From NCBI GenBank assembly GCA_017452885.1, contig JAFTLF010000121.1:1-44986 (forward strand): a stretch of 44,986 bases of DNA, read 5' to 3'. The position numbers were made by a program, and so were the translations under genes. Positions 44,344 to 44,986 of the stretch are shown piece by piece. Origin of the DNA: Alphaproteobacteria bacterium (lineage in GTDB: Bacteria > Pseudomonadota > Alphaproteobacteria > RF32 > CAG-239). Position 1 is the stretch's first letter. Every line of letters starts with the position of its first letter. The notes below the pieces were generated by a model. That model was not told the DNA's origin. It searched no databases and worked only from the letters and a program-made list of their open reading frames with translations.

Positions 44344-44986
44344 CCTCCATGGTTTCTACAACCAAGACTCTGTTACCTTTATAAAATGTTGCAATCGGAG
44401 CAGGGCGCGCTCTGGCAAACGTGCGTATTAATGCCGAGCTTACATCGGCAAAGCGTCCGCGGAACATTGCCCCTGCCGCCAATGTATAGTTACGATTGGT
44501 ATTCCAAATTAATCTCCAGCCGGATCTCTCGCTCCATTCGCTGAGCAAGCCTTTTAGAGTACTACCTTCCTCGGCTAACCAATCTTCAACCGGATCATCT
44601 CCGGAGCCAAGACTACGGCTCTCAGCATCATTTTCATCGGAAGCGTCCATGGCTGAGTTAATTTCATCTTCATAATCCATGACTTCTTCTTCGATTGTCG
44701 GCGGAATAGAGGCCGCCATACTGCTTCCGGCACCAGCGGTGACAATTCTTTGGTCACGAGGATTGCGCTCGCCAAATTCGCGATAATCGGCAGCAACTTC
44801 GCGATAGTTAATAAAATCATTATCGGCCGGCTCCGTTGGTGGAACGATTACAGGTTCAACGGGGGCTTGCTCGGCACAAGGAGCTTGCGCAACGGGAGCT
44901 TGCTCTGCCGTAGCTACCGGAATCAATCTGGTTTCGGTTACGGTTGTTGTTTCGTCTTCAGCATAGGTGTTTCCTGCACCGAAATA
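44324..44986 (-). CDS. TcpQ/PilL-like secretin-associated protein, C-terminal part; 5' end outside window
   Basis: The reading frame stays open to the window edge, since the codons upstream of the track TTG at 44926 have no stop. It has an Ala/Pro/Gln-rich linker (AEQAPVAQAPCAEQAPVEP). The C-terminal LKGLLSEWSERSGWRLIWNTNRNYTLAAGAMFRGRFADVSSALIRTF...ATFYKGNRVLVV resembles the TcpQ-type domain. It overlaps the secretin start by ~20 nt. Confidence 0.6.
   Translation of the reverse strand, partial: YFGAGNTYAEDETTTVTETRLIPVATAEQAPVAQAPCAEQAPVEPVIVPPTEPADNDFINYREVAADYREFGERNPRDQRIVTAGAGSSMAASIPPTIEEEVMDYEDEINSAMDASDENDAESRSLGSGDDPVEDWLAEEGSTLKGLLSEWSERSGWRLIWNTNRNYTLAAGAMFRGRFADVSSALIRTFARARPAPIATFYKGNRVLVVETMEDENAFN

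Noticed and set aside
34133-44986. Shufflon or PilV-type variable adhesin, as in R64
   Set aside because: No recombinase gene and no clustered inverted 19-bp-type repeats were noticed. The only repeat seen is the direct duplication of the pilin 5' halves.
1-44986. CRISPR arrays, rRNA genes, IS elements/transposases, prophage genes
   Set aside because: I saw no regularly spaced short repeats, rRNA-like conserved stretches, transposase/integrase-like ORFs or phage structural genes on either strand.

Overview
This is a gene-dense, low-GC bacterial chromosome segment. I saw no rRNA, CRISPR array, transposase or integrase. The gene content looks alphaproteobacterial, possibly from a streamlined or host-associated lineage; this is inference from an ELM1-like protein, a DUF1058-type SH3 protein and the overall housekeeping set. 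The first ~30 kb is mostly housekeeping: the dnaK 3' end, rpsA-cmk, rsmE, the rpmH-rnpA-yidD-yidC-engB block, mntP, murI, gpsA-like, gpt and three tRNAs (Val-GAC, Arg-CCT, Ser-GGA). Several small accessory modules are interleaved with these genes. They are a response regulator/Hpt-like/atypical methyltransferase operon, an RNase J-like gene coupled to two tandem acyl-ACP thioesterase paralogs, and an ECF sigma module with a LTXXQ/His-rich periplasmic protein. The two most notable regions lie in the last third. (1) At 30058..33074 there is a tightly coupled operon encoding a 40-aa lipoprotein, a cytoplasmic vWA/MIDAS protein, a PP2C-like phosphatase and a membrane-anchored Ser/Thr-kinase-like protein. 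This is a TerY-P / yegL-pphC-yegI type triad, and its physiological role is unknown. (2) From 34133 to the window end there is a complete-looking R64/PAPI-1-style type IVb pilus cluster. It encodes a TcpQ/PilL-like protein, a lipoprotein secretin, PilO-like and PilP-like proteins, a GspE ATPase and a GspF platform. It also has a pilin-fold paralog without a prepilin signal, two tandem pilins with near-identical 5' halves, and an extra PilT-like ATPase. No conjugation genes are visible in the window. All functional calls come from motif and architecture recognition by eye; no database search was possible.
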